A stretch of 64,000 nucleotides of DNA, from positions 185,766-249,765 of the forward strand of contig JAHFLF010000001.1 in NCBI GenBank assembly GCA_023255625.1, read 5' to 3'. This stretch comes from Candidatus Harrisonbacteria bacterium (GTDB lineage: Bacteria; Patescibacteriota; Minisyncoccia; UBA6257; 1-14-0-10-44-23). Shown here piece after piece: positions 36,167 through 46,261 of this stretch; positions within the stretch are counted from its first letter, which is position 1, and the number at the start of each line of letters is the position of its first letter. Position numbers and translations under genes: made by a program. Below the pieces are notes generated by a model. That model searched no databases, was not told the origin of the DNA, and worked only from the letters and a program-made list of their open reading frames with translations.

Positions 36167-39100
36167 TTACTGTAATTTGCCGAACTTAATTTCCATCCCA
36201 TCAAATAGCTTATTAGCTCCACTCTTGGCGACAACATCAATCGTCGCCTCAATAGATTTGAACGGCGCTTGGGCTACGGAAGAAGAAAAGCTACGCAAAT
36301 TTATATTAGTAAGACCATCGAGAGATTGTCGGACAATTAATCCTTCTTTCGAAGTCGGTAATTCTCTCCATCCGTTAGTCATCTTATTAAACCATGAAAG
36401 CCCTGTAGTGTAGTCACCCTCGATGACCTTGACCAAGTCTTTGCTGGCCAGTGGATTTGCAAGCGATTTTGCCGCTTTTACCGCAGATGTAACATCGGTA
36501 ATTTTTGCAACGGTCTTGGCAATTTCTGCGGCCTTTGCGGCAGCCGCCGCTGCCTGCTTTTCAATCGCTTTAAAATCCACCACAATTTTAGCGAACTGCT
36601 CATCTGCAGTCTTAATTACGGAATTGGCAGCATCCTTAACAATTGTTGAAGAAATAACTGCGGTATCCCAAGCCATCCAGGCGTTTATAGCCGTTGTGAC
36701 AGATGCCAAAGCCCACCGAAAATTATCAGCTCTTTCACCATTATTATCTTGGCCAATGAGCGTAATACTCAATTCATTTACAACGCCCACCGGAATGTCT
36801 ACTAGGAAGCCAATAATCGGAGTTCCCGGAGAAATAGAATTAGGGCTAATCGCCAATTGCTGCTGACTTATTTTCTTCTGAATATCAGCGATTTGCTGAA
36901 TAGCTGCTGCCTGCTCTTGACTTCCGCCGACAAGGCCTGCGTTGATCATTTGGACCGCAGCATCAGCCGTGCTCGCCCTACCAGATTTACTGATGAGTAC
37001 AAAAACATCAATAATTTTTTTCTCAAGAGTGGCTATCTGGCGTAGGTAAAGAAAAGTTTTCTCGAGAGATGATGGTGAGTTAATTTCCGAGAACAAAAGT
37101 TTAAGGTTGAATAGAGTGCCAGAGGCATCTTCTAAGAATTTTACGGTATCTTGGTTACTAACCAATTGGAGAATTGCTGTTTGCTGAAGCAACGCAGTGG
37201 CTATTGCTTGAGAATCGCGACCGATAGATTGCTTAAAGGTAGATTCCAGATCCACAAGCACCGGAAGGAGATATTTAGAATACTTGCTTCGTGCCTGCAA
37301 CCCCTCAACGCGAAGGGCAATGGCGGCCTGATTGATTAAAGCGATCTGCTCTGCAGTAATGGCGCGTTGTCCGTCTCGAACCATCATTAACAGATTGTCA
37401 GTTTGAACTTTCATCCGATCGATATCGCGAGGTAAGTTGGAAATCAAACTAGCCCTGATTCTATCCTGTGACCAACCAACTACTCCCGTTGACATTGATT
37501 TCAAAACAGGCGTAGCGGCAAGAATGAGTCGAACAAGGTATCTGTCGACCGCTTCTGAGACGAATGAGGTAGACGGAGTGCTCGTGCCAACAGCGCCGAT
37601 AGGGCCGGCAATTGTAGAGTGCGAATTATCTGTCGGCTCAAGCGGCGGTAGGAATAATAACGGAGAGGTGGTGGTTGAAGAAGCCGTCGGTGTTACCGGA
37701 GCAGTAACCGGTTTTGTGCTGGTTGCGACAACCGGAGCCGGTGCTGCAGTTGGCTGTGTAGTTGTCGGTGCAGCCGTAGTCGGGGTAGTAGATGTGGCAG
37801 CTGGTGCTGGGTCTGGGTTCGGAGCTGGCGCAACCGGATAACGAACATACTGGCTGTCATCGTAAAGTCCGGGCGTAGTCGCCCCCGATGGGGCATAACC
37901 AAGCGCCCTCTCAAGATCAGTAAATGAAACTACCGAGAAAAGTTCGCTCGCCGCGAAAACAATCGTTTGCGGAGCACCTGCTACTCCGCCCTGCGAAGCG
38001 GAAATAATACCGCCAACATAGCTCGGCGCCAGGAAATGATACTGGATTTGCGAAGACCGGCGATACTCCTCAGGAGTAGCGTCGCGAAAGCCGTGAGCTA
38101 GAGCTTCGTCGGTTGACCACGCGAGCCGAAGAATTCCATGGCCCGAATTCCAGGGAGAATTCATGTTGCCATTCACCGGCCCCCGCACCATCCCGTTGCA
38201 GGCAAGTTCCGCGAGCGGCGTAAACCGCTCGTCCCAACCCTGCGGATACACACCAGTGGCCCCGCCGTTCATCATCGGCTTGACTGCGCCACTTTTAAGC
38301 GATTGATAGATCGAGTCAAGTTTTCCGAATGTTAAACCATACTTGAAAGTCTGCTCCGGCGCAGGCGGTGAAATCGGAGTAATTGCTGCTTGGTCAAGCA
38401 TCTGCCGTACTTGTTCGTATGTTATAGATTCACCAAGATTATTTCCCAGGAGAGAAAGACATTCTGGTGCGAGTCCCGCAGTAGGAATACCTGGCCCGGA
38501 CTGAATAAAATTAAAGCTTTGCCCAGCCACAGTCGCGCCCGCACTACGACTTTCCAACGCAGTATGTTGAGGGAACACATAGGTCACTGTGCCACTGCCG
38601 CGCAGCCCATTCAGATACGGAGTACCAGTCCAGCTCGAATTAATGTTATGTGGCCACGGGCCAGGTTGGGCCGTACCAAACGTATTCCAAAAATTAGTAG
38701 CGGACCACTCGCACCCCGGTGACGTTGTCACGGTGATTTTTCTGCTGCCGCCGGACGGCCCAACCTGCAAGTCATCAGCCGACACATCATATGTACAAGG
38801 CATAACATTGACGGTGATCGACTTGGTCACCTTGTCGCCCACTGCGCTGGTAGCCGTAATCGTATAGGTTGTTGTACCGCTTGGTTTTGCATCATACCCG
38901 CCGCTCTCACCCACATTGCCAATCCCTTGATTAAGCGAGGTCACTTGCGCATTTGTCGTGGTCCACGAAAGCGTTGCGACTTCGCCTGGCCTGACCGTAG
39001 TTGGACTTACGGAAAGATCTGCACGAAGCACGCCGTCTGACTGAATCACCTTGATCTCTCGGTTGGCAATCGTCAGAATTGCAGTTCGTGAATACGAATT

Positions 39101-39415
39101 ATAATTTGCCTGTATATCAAAGCCGATCGTAGCACTACCCTTTCGCCCAAAGCCAATATTAAGCCACTGGGTGTTATACAACACCGTACCTTGAGTATCA
39201 ATCGACCAGTAGCAGTCTGGCTGCGTTGATACCGTAATCCAGTATGTCCCCATCTTCGGACCAACATTGATCGTGCTGGGACCGGAGACATCGTAACTGC
39301 ACGAAACAGCTGATGCCACCGGAATATTTAGCGCCAAGGGAGAAAACAAAAAGTTCAGAACAAAGAGGATGAAAAAGATATTTTTTAGATTTCGACTTTG
39401 GAGTGTATATTTCAT
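36167..39415 (-). CDS. secreted BACON/Ig-domain protein with pre-toxin TG-like motif and C-terminal toxin-like domain
   Basis: Signal peptide, two BACON-like repeats, P/T linker, IPVG...IGQDNNGER motif, compact C-terminal domain. Confidence 0.7.
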   Translation of the reverse strand: MKYTLQSRNLKNIFFILFVLNFLFSPLALNIPVASAVSCSYDVSGPSTINVGPKMGTYWITVSTQPDCYWSIDTQGTVLYNTQWLNIGFGRKGSATIGFDIQANYNSYSRTAILTIANREIKVIQSDGVLRADLSVSPTTVRPGEVATLSWTTTNAQVTSLNQGIGNVGESGGYDAKPSGTTTYTITATSAVGDKVTKSITVNVMPCTYDVSADDLQVGPSGGSRKITVTTSPGCEWSATNFWNTFGTAQPGPWPHNINSSWTGTPYLNGLRGSGTVTYVFPQHTALESRSAGATVAGQSFNFIQSGPGIPTAGLAPECLSLLGNNLGESITYEQVRQMLDQAAITPISPPAPEQTFKYGLTFGKLDSIYQSLKSGAVKPMMNGGATGVYPQGWDERFTPLAELACNGMVRGPVNGNMNSPWNSGHGILRLAWSTDEALAHGFRDATPEEYRRSSQIQYHFLAPSYVGGIISASQGGVAGAPQTIVFAASELFSVVSFTDLERALGYAPSGATTPGLYDDSQYVRYPVAPAPNPDPAPAATSTTPTTAAPTTTQPTAAPAPVVATSTKPVTAPVTPTASSTTTSPLLFLPPLEPTDNSHSTIAGPIGAVGTSTPSTSFVSEAVDRYLVRLILAATPVLKSMSTGVVGWSQDRIRASLISNLPRDIDRMKVQTDNLLMMVRDGQRAITAEQIALINQAAIALRVEGLQARSKYSKYLLPVLVDLESTFKQSIGRDSQAIATALLQQTAILQLVSNQDTVKFLEDASGTLFNLKLLFSEINSPSSLEKTFLYLRQIATLEKKIIDVFVLISKSGRASTADAAVQMINAGLVGGSQEQAAAIQQIADIQKKISQQQLAISPNSISPGTPIIGFLVDIPVGVVNELSITLIGQDNNGERADNFRWALASVTTAINAWMAWDTAVISSTIVKDAANSVIKTADEQFAKIVVDFKAIEKQAAAAAAKAAEIAKTVAKITDVTSAVKAAKSLANPLASKDLVKVIEGDYTTGLSWFNKMTNGWRELPTSKEGLIVRQSLDGLTNINLRSFSSSVAQAPFKSIEATIDVVAKSGANKLFDGMEIKFGKLQ

Positions 39416-39469
39416 AGTATTGATTAATATTTGTTTACGAGCTACGGGTACAAATCTATCGATCGTTGT

Positions 39470-39715
39470 CTATGGGGGTGGCGACTCGCCGAACACCTTA
39501 ATGATTTCGACCTCATGATTGTTGCCCGCTGCGTGATAAGAAACATGCTCCCCTTCCCCCCGACCAGAAAGCGCCTGGCCTAAGGGCGAGCCGAATGAAA
39601 TAACACCGCGCTCGGGCGCGGTGTTATGTAAACTGATCAAAAACGTTTTAGTGGATCCATCTTGGAACCGAACAGTGGCAATCGAATTAAGTCCGATTTT
39701 TTCAGAGCTAACCAT
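39470..39715 (-). CDS. GreA/GreB C-terminal-domain-only protein
   Basis: G.IS..SPLGQAL.GR.EGE.V; no N-terminal coiled coil. Confidence 0.75.
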   Translation of the reverse strand: MVSSEKIGLNSIATVRFQDGSTKTFLISLHNTAPERGVISFGSPLGQALSGRGEGEHVSYHAAGNNHEVEIIKVFGESPPP

Positions 39716-39741
39716 ATGCCATCAATCGTAATCTATACCCT

Positions 39742-39817
39742 GGATGTTGTCAATAATTGACAACAATATCCTGTGGATAACCCTTTTGTTTTCGCTTGAC
39801 AACCTTATATTTGTCAA
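39742..39817. promoter_or_regulatory. paired TTGACAA/TTGTCAA palindromes plus a DnaA-box-like site
   Basis: TGTTGTCAATAATTGACAACA (39745-39765), TTGACAA-N8-TTGTCAA (39796-39817), TGTGGATAA (39772-39780). Confidence 0.6.
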
Positions 39818-39831
39818 TTATTATCAACAAT

Positions 39832-40332
39832 ATGGAAAGACTAAAAAACCTGCTGAAAAAATCCGGCTTCTCGGAAAAAGAGATTGAGGTCTATCTTGCT
39901 TTAATCGAAAAAGGAACCTCGGTGGCCAGCGATATTGCCCAGCAGGCCGATATTAATCGCAGCACGACTTATGTTATCCTCGATTCCCTGCTAAAGCGGG
40001 GCCTAGTTACTGAAACCGAGCGCCGAGGGGTCAAACTTTTTAGCAGCAACGAGCCGGAAAAGCTGATGAAGTATTTTGAACAGGCCTCGCGCCGGTATGC
40101 TGAATTTGCTGAAGAAGCACGAACTCTAATCCCGGCAATCACCGCAAAAATGCAATCGCGGGCTCAACAGGAGAATATTGCAACTCACCCGGAAAATGTC
40201 TACGAACATGCGCTTGACTCGCTCGAAACTATTCGCGCACAGGTCCAGCAAACTGGCACTACGGACAAAATAAAAAATCCAAACCATAACCGGAATAAAT
40301 TACACCCAGAGGTGGCTAAAGGATCAATTTAA
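39832..40332 (+). CDS. TrmB-family HTH regulator (short)
   Basis: GFSEKEIEVYLAL, INRSTTY.IL..L..RGLV. Confidence 0.88.
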   Translation: MERLKNLLKKSGFSEKEIEVYLALIEKGTSVASDIAQQADINRSTTYVILDSLLKRGLVTETERRGVKLFSSNEPEKLMKYFEQASRRYAEFAEEARTLIPAITAKMQSRAQQENIATHPENVYEHALDSLETIRAQVQQTGTTDKIKNPNHNRNKLHPEVAKGSI

Positions 40333-40333
40333 A

Positions 40334-41959
40334 ATGACGCTTACGATTACTGCGCTAAGTTTTCTCCTACTCTCTTCAGGACTGGCCTGCTGCGGCTGGC
40401 GATTTCTCGCTGCGCTTCGGCAAGCCAAAAACTCAACCGGACTGCACACTATCGGCCGGCTATTATCTGCATTATTCTTCCTATCGGCAACCTACAATGG
40501 CATCATCGGTCTTGGTTCTCTCTTCTTTTCAAAAAGCCCTAACGGGCTTTTTATTATTGCCATACTCGCACACCTTTTACTGACCGCTCTCGCTCTAGTT
40601 AGTGTCTTTACGGTTTATTACATCTTCTGGCCGAAAGATTCAGCGCGACTACTGCTCGGCACACTTGGAATGACTGGCAGCGCCGGTACATTATTTTATC
40701 TGACCGCGAAGCTCCGACCGTTTGTAACAACTGAACATAGCATAAACTGGAATCTGTCTCCGGGTCTTGCTCTTCTCACCTTCTGCCTGCTGACAATCAG
40801 TCTCTTGGCAACTTTATACATTTTTGCGCAGCTTTTCCGGAAAACAAATTCGCGCAGTTTAAAAACACTTTCTCTAATCTTTTCTGCACTCTCCTGCGCC
40901 AGCGTGTTATATGCAATTATCAAGCTGGCGACCTCTTTAGAAAATAATTTATTCTTCGGCCCGCTGATTGATTGGGCTCCCTGGCTGCTTGGGGCAAGTT
41001 TCCTAGTCTTAGTTGTGAGACGCCCCGCCATGCGCGCCACCATGATCATTTTCTTAGTCTTCCTTGGCTGGTGGGCAAGTTTCTATTTTGGATCAAATGA
41101 TCCGACCGTGAATAATGCAAACATTTACATATCAGCATGGTTCAATGTTTATACTCTGCTCGCACTCTGGGGCGTCTGGTGCGGATTTAAAATTGCAAAA
41201 AAACAAGGAGGATTTAGAAATGACTTTGGCAAAAGCATTGGGCTCTTTACGCTGGGGTTACTCTGCCAAGTTTTTGGACAAGTCACTTTCGGGCTTTACA
41301 ACAATGTCCTGAATGTCGCCCTCCCTTATCCATCACTGGCCGATCTTGCTTACATAGCCAGTCCAATCATCTATCTTTTGGCGCTCGTCCAATTCGGCCG
41401 CGCAGCGGGAATAAATTGGAATCTAAAATTAATGCGCGGCAAAATCTCGGCGACCGGCTTCTTTATCGGCCTGCTTAGCGTGTATTGGGCAGTACTGTTA
41501 TGGCAGGGCTATGCTTTTGACTTACAGCAACCGATTAAAATTATTCTGGACTTAGCGTATCCGCTGCTCGAAACACTTTTCCTGGCGGTGGGAATACTTG
41601 TGTATAGATCATACAGAAAAACTAAAATTAGCAGCCCGCTAACCAAAATTCGTTTTGTTCTAATCCTGGCGGCGCTGGGCATGCAATACTTGGCCGACGC
41701 ATTCTTCAGTTTTCTGGTGCAATCAAATAAATGGTCGGGAAACTCTTTCGGTGATCTGCCTTATTTTCTGGCGTATTTCCTGATGACGGTGGCCATTATT
41801 CACCTTGGCGACAACAAAAAACCTGTGCCGGCACAAGTTTCTCAAACAGAGGAGTTATCTCCTGGTTTCTATGTAAATCCAGGGAGAGCAACCGGATTTA
41901 ATCCGTTTTCCAATATCCTAGATTTTTTAAAATCTGTCCGAATAACTGAAAAAGCATGA
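40334..41959 (+). CDS. polytopic membrane protein made of two fused sensor-like modules
   Basis: About 14-15 TM segments; N-half paralogous to 41956-42684; C-half has PYPSLAD and LDLAYP motifs. Confidence 0.7.
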   Translation: MTLTITALSFLLLSSGLACCGWRFLAALRQAKNSTGLHTIGRLLSALFFLSATYNGIIGLGSLFFSKSPNGLFIIAILAHLLLTALALVSVFTVYYIFWPKDSARLLLGTLGMTGSAGTLFYLTAKLRPFVTTEHSINWNLSPGLALLTFCLLTISLLATLYIFAQLFRKTNSRSLKTLSLIFSALSCASVLYAIIKLATSLENNLFFGPLIDWAPWLLGASFLVLVVRRPAMRATMIIFLVFLGWWASFYFGSNDPTVNNANIYISAWFNVYTLLALWGVWCGFKIAKKQGGFRNDFGKSIGLFTLGLLCQVFGQVTFGLYNNVLNVALPYPSLADLAYIASPIIYLLALVQFGRAAGINWNLKLMRGKISATGFFIGLLSVYWAVLLWQGYAFDLQQPIKIILDLAYPLLETLFLAVGILVYRSYRKTKISSPLTKIRFVLILAALGMQYLADAFFSFLVQSNKWSGNSFGDLPYFLAYFLMTVAIIHLGDNKKPVPAQVSQTEELSPGFYVNPGRATGFNPFSNILDFLKSVRITEKA

Positions 41960-42684
41960 TCCTCACCACTACCTCCACCGCCTTTCTGACACTCTCGGCT
42001 GGTTTGGCTTTTTGCGGCTGGCGTTTTCTGCGATGCTACCGGCAAACCGTAAAAAGCGCTAAAGGTAAAAAAATCGGCTCGCTGCTCGGCTACCTGTTTA
42101 TCGGTGCTGCTTTGCAAAATGCAATCATGGGCTTTGGCCTGCTTATTTTTGCGGAAAACTCGGCAGCGATGGCTCTGGTTCTGTTGCTTTGCAACATTGA
42201 GCTAACCCTCGTCGCCTTACTTGGCGTCTATGCCGCATATTATATATTTTCTCCGAAGGCATCTCCGTATCCGCTCATGACCGTCTCTGGGATAGTCGGC
42301 ATAATTGCATTTGTCGCGGCGATGGTTAATCCCCCAAACCCGTTTCTGACCCCTGCAAACGGCATTGATCTGAACATGAGCTTCCCTCTGGCGCTAGCAA
42401 CTTTTTATCTATTACTAATCAGCATCGGCGCAAACGGCTATATTTTTTCGCGACTTTATCTGACTGTAGCTGAACGAAAAACAAAACGGCTGGCCGGAAT
42501 ACTGGCGATTTTAGCGATAGCCGGAATCATCAATGTATTTATTCGGCTTGTGCTACTATCTGACTATTCGGCGGTCGGCCGAACGCAATCGCTAGACAGC
42601 GGGATAGCGCTCGTTGGTATCGGGTTTATTTTTGCGCTGGTCATCGCGCCAAAAATCCGCGACTGGTTTCCCAAAAAAATCTAA
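41956..42684 (+). CDS. 7-TM membrane protein
   Basis: ATGA overlap; shares GLA.CGWRFL and YYIF.PK with the upstream protein. Confidence 0.7.
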   Translation: MILTTTSTAFLTLSAGLAFCGWRFLRCYRQTVKSAKGKKIGSLLGYLFIGAALQNAIMGFGLLIFAENSAAMALVLLLCNIELTLVALLGVYAAYYIFSPKASPYPLMTVSGIVGIIAFVAAMVNPPNPFLTPANGIDLNMSFPLALATFYLLLISIGANGYIFSRLYLTVAERKTKRLAGILAILAIAGIINVFIRLVLLSDYSAVGRTQSLDSGIALVGIGFIFALVIAPKIRDWFPKKI

Positions 42685-42691
42685 AACCCAT

Positions 42692-42874
42692 CTAGAAAAT
42701 CTCCCTGTATTCGGTGCATTTATTACCGTCTTTATCTGTGTATTCCATCAGTTCGTAATCGCCAAACTCGCTGCGTTTACCCAAATGCCGCCAGTTGCGG
42801 CGCCGGAAAATTAAATGCATAAGTCCGCGCCGAAAATTCTTGACTGTTTTTGACAATTTTGAGGATAAATTCAT
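42692..42874 (-). CDS. small hypothetical protein under the SAM riboswitch
   Basis: 60 aa MNLSSKLSKTVKNFRRG... starting right after the riboswitch terminator. Confidence 0.4.
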   Translation of the reverse strand: MNLSSKLSKTVKNFRRGLMHLIFRRRNWRHLGKRSEFGDYELMEYTDKDGNKCTEYREIF

Positions 42875-42878
42875 AGAA

Positions 42879-42903
42879 CAAAAAATACTCCGCGGGGAGT
42901 ATT
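42879..42903 (-). terminator. riboswitch expression-platform terminator
   Basis: AATACTCC-ccgc-GGAGTATT followed by TTTT. Confidence 0.7.
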
Positions 42904-42914
42904 GGTAAAACGAC

Positions 42915-43049
42915 AATTATCTCCCCTTTCGGGACCGAATTAGCACTTACTGCGGTTTTGCCGCAGAGTTGCTGGTGGTTAAGGGCCGGTTGCCCATGCC
43001 CAGTCGTGAGTTTCGCTCTACGCCGGGACCTGCCACGCTCTTGATAACT
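42915..43049 (-). ncRNA. SAM-I (S-box) riboswitch with an extra helix in P2
   Basis: TTATCAAGAG...CAGCAAC...GTGCTAATT...AGATAA core; P2b loop ACCG pairs with CGGT (pseudoknot). Confidence 0.8.
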
Positions 43050-43147
43050 TATTTAGTTGTGTTTTCATTATATAATATATCGGTAAAAACGCAATACTCG
43101 CATGTACGCTATCTTTATGTTGACAAAACAATGTTATCATAATTAAT

Positions 43148-43753
43148 ATGTTTGCTATCTCGCTGGGCATCCTGTCCGGACTTTTACAAATTTACGGATA
43201 CATATTCTATGCTCGCAAGACAATTCTCGGCCACATTAAACCAAATACCGCCAGCTGGGGATTATGGGCTTTCGGCGCAGTCCTTGAGTCCGGCTCCTAC
43301 ATCTTCGCCACGGGCGACTGGGCAAAAAATATCCTGCCGGCCGCCTGCGCTTTATCGGCGATCGCCTTTTTCTTTCTGGCGCTCTATAAGGGCCATTTCC
43401 GAAAGCTAGATTCATTCGAGTACTTAATTATCACCCTCGATCTTATAGCAATTTTAATCTGGTGGTACACTGAATCTGCGCTCTACGCCAACATTTATAT
43501 AGTTCTGACTGCGGTTATTTCCTTTATTCCGATTTTCCGACATGCCTGGAAGAACCCCGAGCAAGAAGATGCTGGCCCGTGGTTTATCTGGACCTGGGCC
43601 TATGCCCTGCTGACGGTAATAGTTATTTTAAACTTTACCATCTGGCAAGAATTGATTTTCCCGGTAACTTATATTTTCCTTTCGCTAACCCTAGCAATCT
43701 TATCTTTAGATAGCAGAATCCCGAAAACATTTTCATTCAGACGACTTCAATAA
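43148..43753 (+). CDS. membrane protein (PQ-loop-like)
   Basis: G.IKPN.ASW.LW and FIP..R.AWKNP..E...PW repeated halves. Confidence 0.7.
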   Translation: MFAISLGILSGLLQIYGYIFYARKTILGHIKPNTASWGLWAFGAVLESGSYIFATGDWAKNILPAACALSAIAFFFLALYKGHFRKLDSFEYLIITLDLIAILIWWYTESALYANIYIVLTAVISFIPIFRHAWKNPEQEDAGPWFIWTWAYALLTVIVILNFTIWQELIFPVTYIFLSLTLAILSLDSRIPKTFSFRRLQ

Positions 43754-43757
43754 TTTT

Positions 43758-44261
43758 ATGAAAAAACCTGTTCTATCAAATGGTTACAAGAAAATACTCC
43801 CACAAAAAAGCCGCATCGAAGGTACCGGCATTCATGCAACAAAATCTTTTAAAAGAGGCGAAACGATTTTTATATTCAACGGGGATCCTATCCACTGGGT
43901 TGTGAAGGATCAAAAAACATCTTTGGCAGGCCCCAATTGGGTCGGCTTTAAAAAAGATACCTGGATCGTAGTCAAAGCTCCGGGTATTTATCTAAATCAC
44001 TCCTGTAAACCAAATGCGGGCATCCAAGGAGCAAAAAAAATTGTCGCCCTTCGCCGAATCAAGGCCGGCGAAGAAGTTACGATTGATTACTCTATTACTG
44101 AAGAAGATCCGCTCTGGTATATGAATTGCCTGTGTGGCGAACCGGACTGCCGCAAAAAAATCCGATCTATACAAAGTCTCCCAATTGCCGCCTTCAAACG
44201 CTATCTCCCGTTCGTGCCTACATATTTTAAAAAGGTTTATTTGAAGTATACTGAAAGATAA
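43758..44261 (+). CDS. SET-domain lysine methyltransferase with post-SET cysteines
   Basis: S.IEG.G..A, NHSC.PN, GEEVTIDY, C.CG...CR. Confidence 0.92.
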   Translation: MKKPVLSNGYKKILPQKSRIEGTGIHATKSFKRGETIFIFNGDPIHWVVKDQKTSLAGPNWVGFKKDTWIVVKAPGIYLNHSCKPNAGIQGAKKIVALRRIKAGEEVTIDYSITEEDPLWYMNCLCGEPDCRKKIRSIQSLPIAAFKRYLPFVPTYFKKVYLKYTER

Positions 44262-44425
44262 TGATTACTAAATCCTCAAAATTATTCTTTTTAGCACTCT
44301 TAATCCTCGTCTTATTTTCTGTAGCGCTTACTTTTTATAAAAAAGTTGTTCTCCACGATTTTAATTATCTTACTCCAGAAGAAGTAAAGCCTTCTACAGA
44401 ATCCCTGATATTCAACAACGAATAA
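44261..44425 (+). CDS. small single-TM protein
   Basis: 54 aa MITKSSKLFFLALLILVLFSVALTFYKK..., TAATG coupling to the SET gene. Confidence 0.55.
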   Translation: MITKSSKLFFLALLILVLFSVALTFYKKVVLHDFNYLTPEEVKPSTESLIFNNE

Positions 44426-44436
44426 AATTAATTTTT

Positions 44437-46113
44437 ATGGAAACGATTCAAGCGCTGATCGCCGCCTGCCAGTGGGATACCTCCCAATTTTTCATAATTT
44501 CCAAAAATGTTTTCGATCCTTTTATTTACTACTCTCACCTTTTACCGCTTGGCTTATCCATAATTTTAGGCGGATTCGTTTTTATAAAAAATCCGAAGTT
44601 GATGACATCCAAAATTCTTTTTTTTATAACAGTAATTTTTTCTATTTGGGTATTTTGCGATTTGGTTACCTGGGCAACAGAAAAACCGCCCATAACAATG
44701 TTTTCTTGGTCAATTTTAGTCATAATTGAACCGCTGATTTATGCTGCATGTCTTTATTTTGTCCAAATTTTTATAAACGGGAAAGACACGGAACTTTGGA
44801 ATAAAATACTGATTGGCATTCTACTGCTGCCAACTTTCCTTCTGGCCCCAACCGGCTTATCTTTGCCAGCATATGACCTGACAAATTGCGATCGCAGCGC
44901 CATCGAAGGACCGCTTGCGCAGTATGGTTATATTATTGAAATTCTCTTCACGCTCTGGATAGTAGTCATCGCCATGGAAGCATTCAAAAAGACAAAGGAT
45001 CGGGAGTCGCGTCAAAAAATCGTACTCGTAACAACCGGTATACTTTTGTTTCTGCTTACATTCTCTTGGGGTAATATTGTCGGCGCTCTTAGCTCATCCA
45101 CTGATTGGCGCCTCCCCCAATGGGGTTTATTCGGTATGCCACTTTTTATAACTCTTTTGGGATATTTAATCGTCAAATTCAAAACTTTCAATATTAAGGT
45201 TTTGGCTACTGAAGCTCTGATCTGGTCTCTTTGGATTATGATCGGCTCAATCCTGCTCATTGCAAAAACTACTCCAACAAAAATTGTTACCGGCGTTACC
45301 GAAATCCTGGCTATTATCTTCGGTATCATGCTGATCCGCAGCGTCCGCCGCGAAGTTAAACAGCGCGAACAGCTGGAGGTGCTGACCCAGGAACTGGAAA
45401 AGAAAAATATTAAGCTCAAAGAACTTGACGAGCAGAAGAGTCAGTTTCTATCCTTCGCCAGCCACGACTTAAAATCACCGATGAATATTATCAAGCAGTT
45501 TTCTGCCCTGATAATTGATAAAACTTATGCCGCGCCGGAAAAAATCATGGAGACGGTTGTAAAAATAAGAAATAATGCCGAACGAGGCATCCGATTGGTT
45601 GATGACTTTTTGGATATTCGTAAGATCGAGGAGGGCAAAATGGAATATAATTTCGAGAAGAAAAACTTGGTCGTGGTTGTTCGCGAACTAGTTGAAGAGT
45701 TCCGCGTGCTGGCAATGGAGCAAAAGAAAATCGATGTCAGTTTTACCAGCAATCAGCAGAAAATTCCGGCGATGCTTGATGTGAATCGGTTTAATCAGGT
45801 CATTCAAAACCTCCTTTCCAATTCCCTGAAATATACTGAAGCCGGCACTATTCAGGTTGATATTGTCGAGGAACAAAATTCTGCATTAATTACTGTAAAA
45901 GATACCGGCATTGGAATTAGCAGCGAGGTTCTGCCAACTCTTTTTGAACAATTCCGCCGGGCCCCGGGAGTCGCGAAAAAAATCCAAGGCGTTGGTTTGG
46001 GACTATATATTTCCAAACAGATTGTACTTGGTCATGGCGGAGAAATTTGGGTTAGTTCCGAGGGGGCCGGGCATGGATCTACATTTTCCGTCAGAATTAA
46101 AAAAGCGGCCTGA
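44437..46113 (+). CDS. sensor histidine kinase with 7TM-type input domain
   Basis: FASHDLKSP H-box, NLLSNSLKYT, DTGIG, G.GLGL, GSTF. Confidence 0.94.
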   Translation: METIQALIAACQWDTSQFFIISKNVFDPFIYYSHLLPLGLSIILGGFVFIKNPKLMTSKILFFITVIFSIWVFCDLVTWATEKPPITMFSWSILVIIEPLIYAACLYFVQIFINGKDTELWNKILIGILLLPTFLLAPTGLSLPAYDLTNCDRSAIEGPLAQYGYIIEILFTLWIVVIAMEAFKKTKDRESRQKIVLVTTGILLFLLTFSWGNIVGALSSSTDWRLPQWGLFGMPLFITLLGYLIVKFKTFNIKVLATEALIWSLWIMIGSILLIAKTTPTKIVTGVTEILAIIFGIMLIRSVRREVKQREQLEVLTQELEKKNIKLKELDEQKSQFLSFASHDLKSPMNIIKQFSALIIDKTYAAPEKIMETVVKIRNNAERGIRLVDDFLDIRKIEEGKMEYNFEKKNLVVVVRELVEEFRVLAMEQKKIDVSFTSNQQKIPAMLDVNRFNQVIQNLLSNSLKYTEAGTIQVDIVEEQNSALITVKDTGIGISSEVLPTLFEQFRRAPGVAKKIQGVGLGLYISKQIVLGHGGEIWVSSEGAGHGSTFSVRIKKAA

Positions 46114-46133
46114 ATCAGCACCCGTCGACTTCG

Positions 46134-46211
46134 GTATGACGCGGCGCTGCAGCTCATAGGGAGCACTAAAAGGTATCCGTGCTCATCTTGAGCGGCAGTG
46201 CCGCGTCATGC
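46134..46211. repeat. long imperfect hairpin
   Basis: gtatgacgcggcgctgcagctca ... tgagcggcagtgccgcgtcatgc. Confidence 0.65.
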
Positions 46212-46261
46212 AAGCGCTTTCTTAAATAGCCGGTTGTGCTATAATCTGCGGAAACAAGGAT

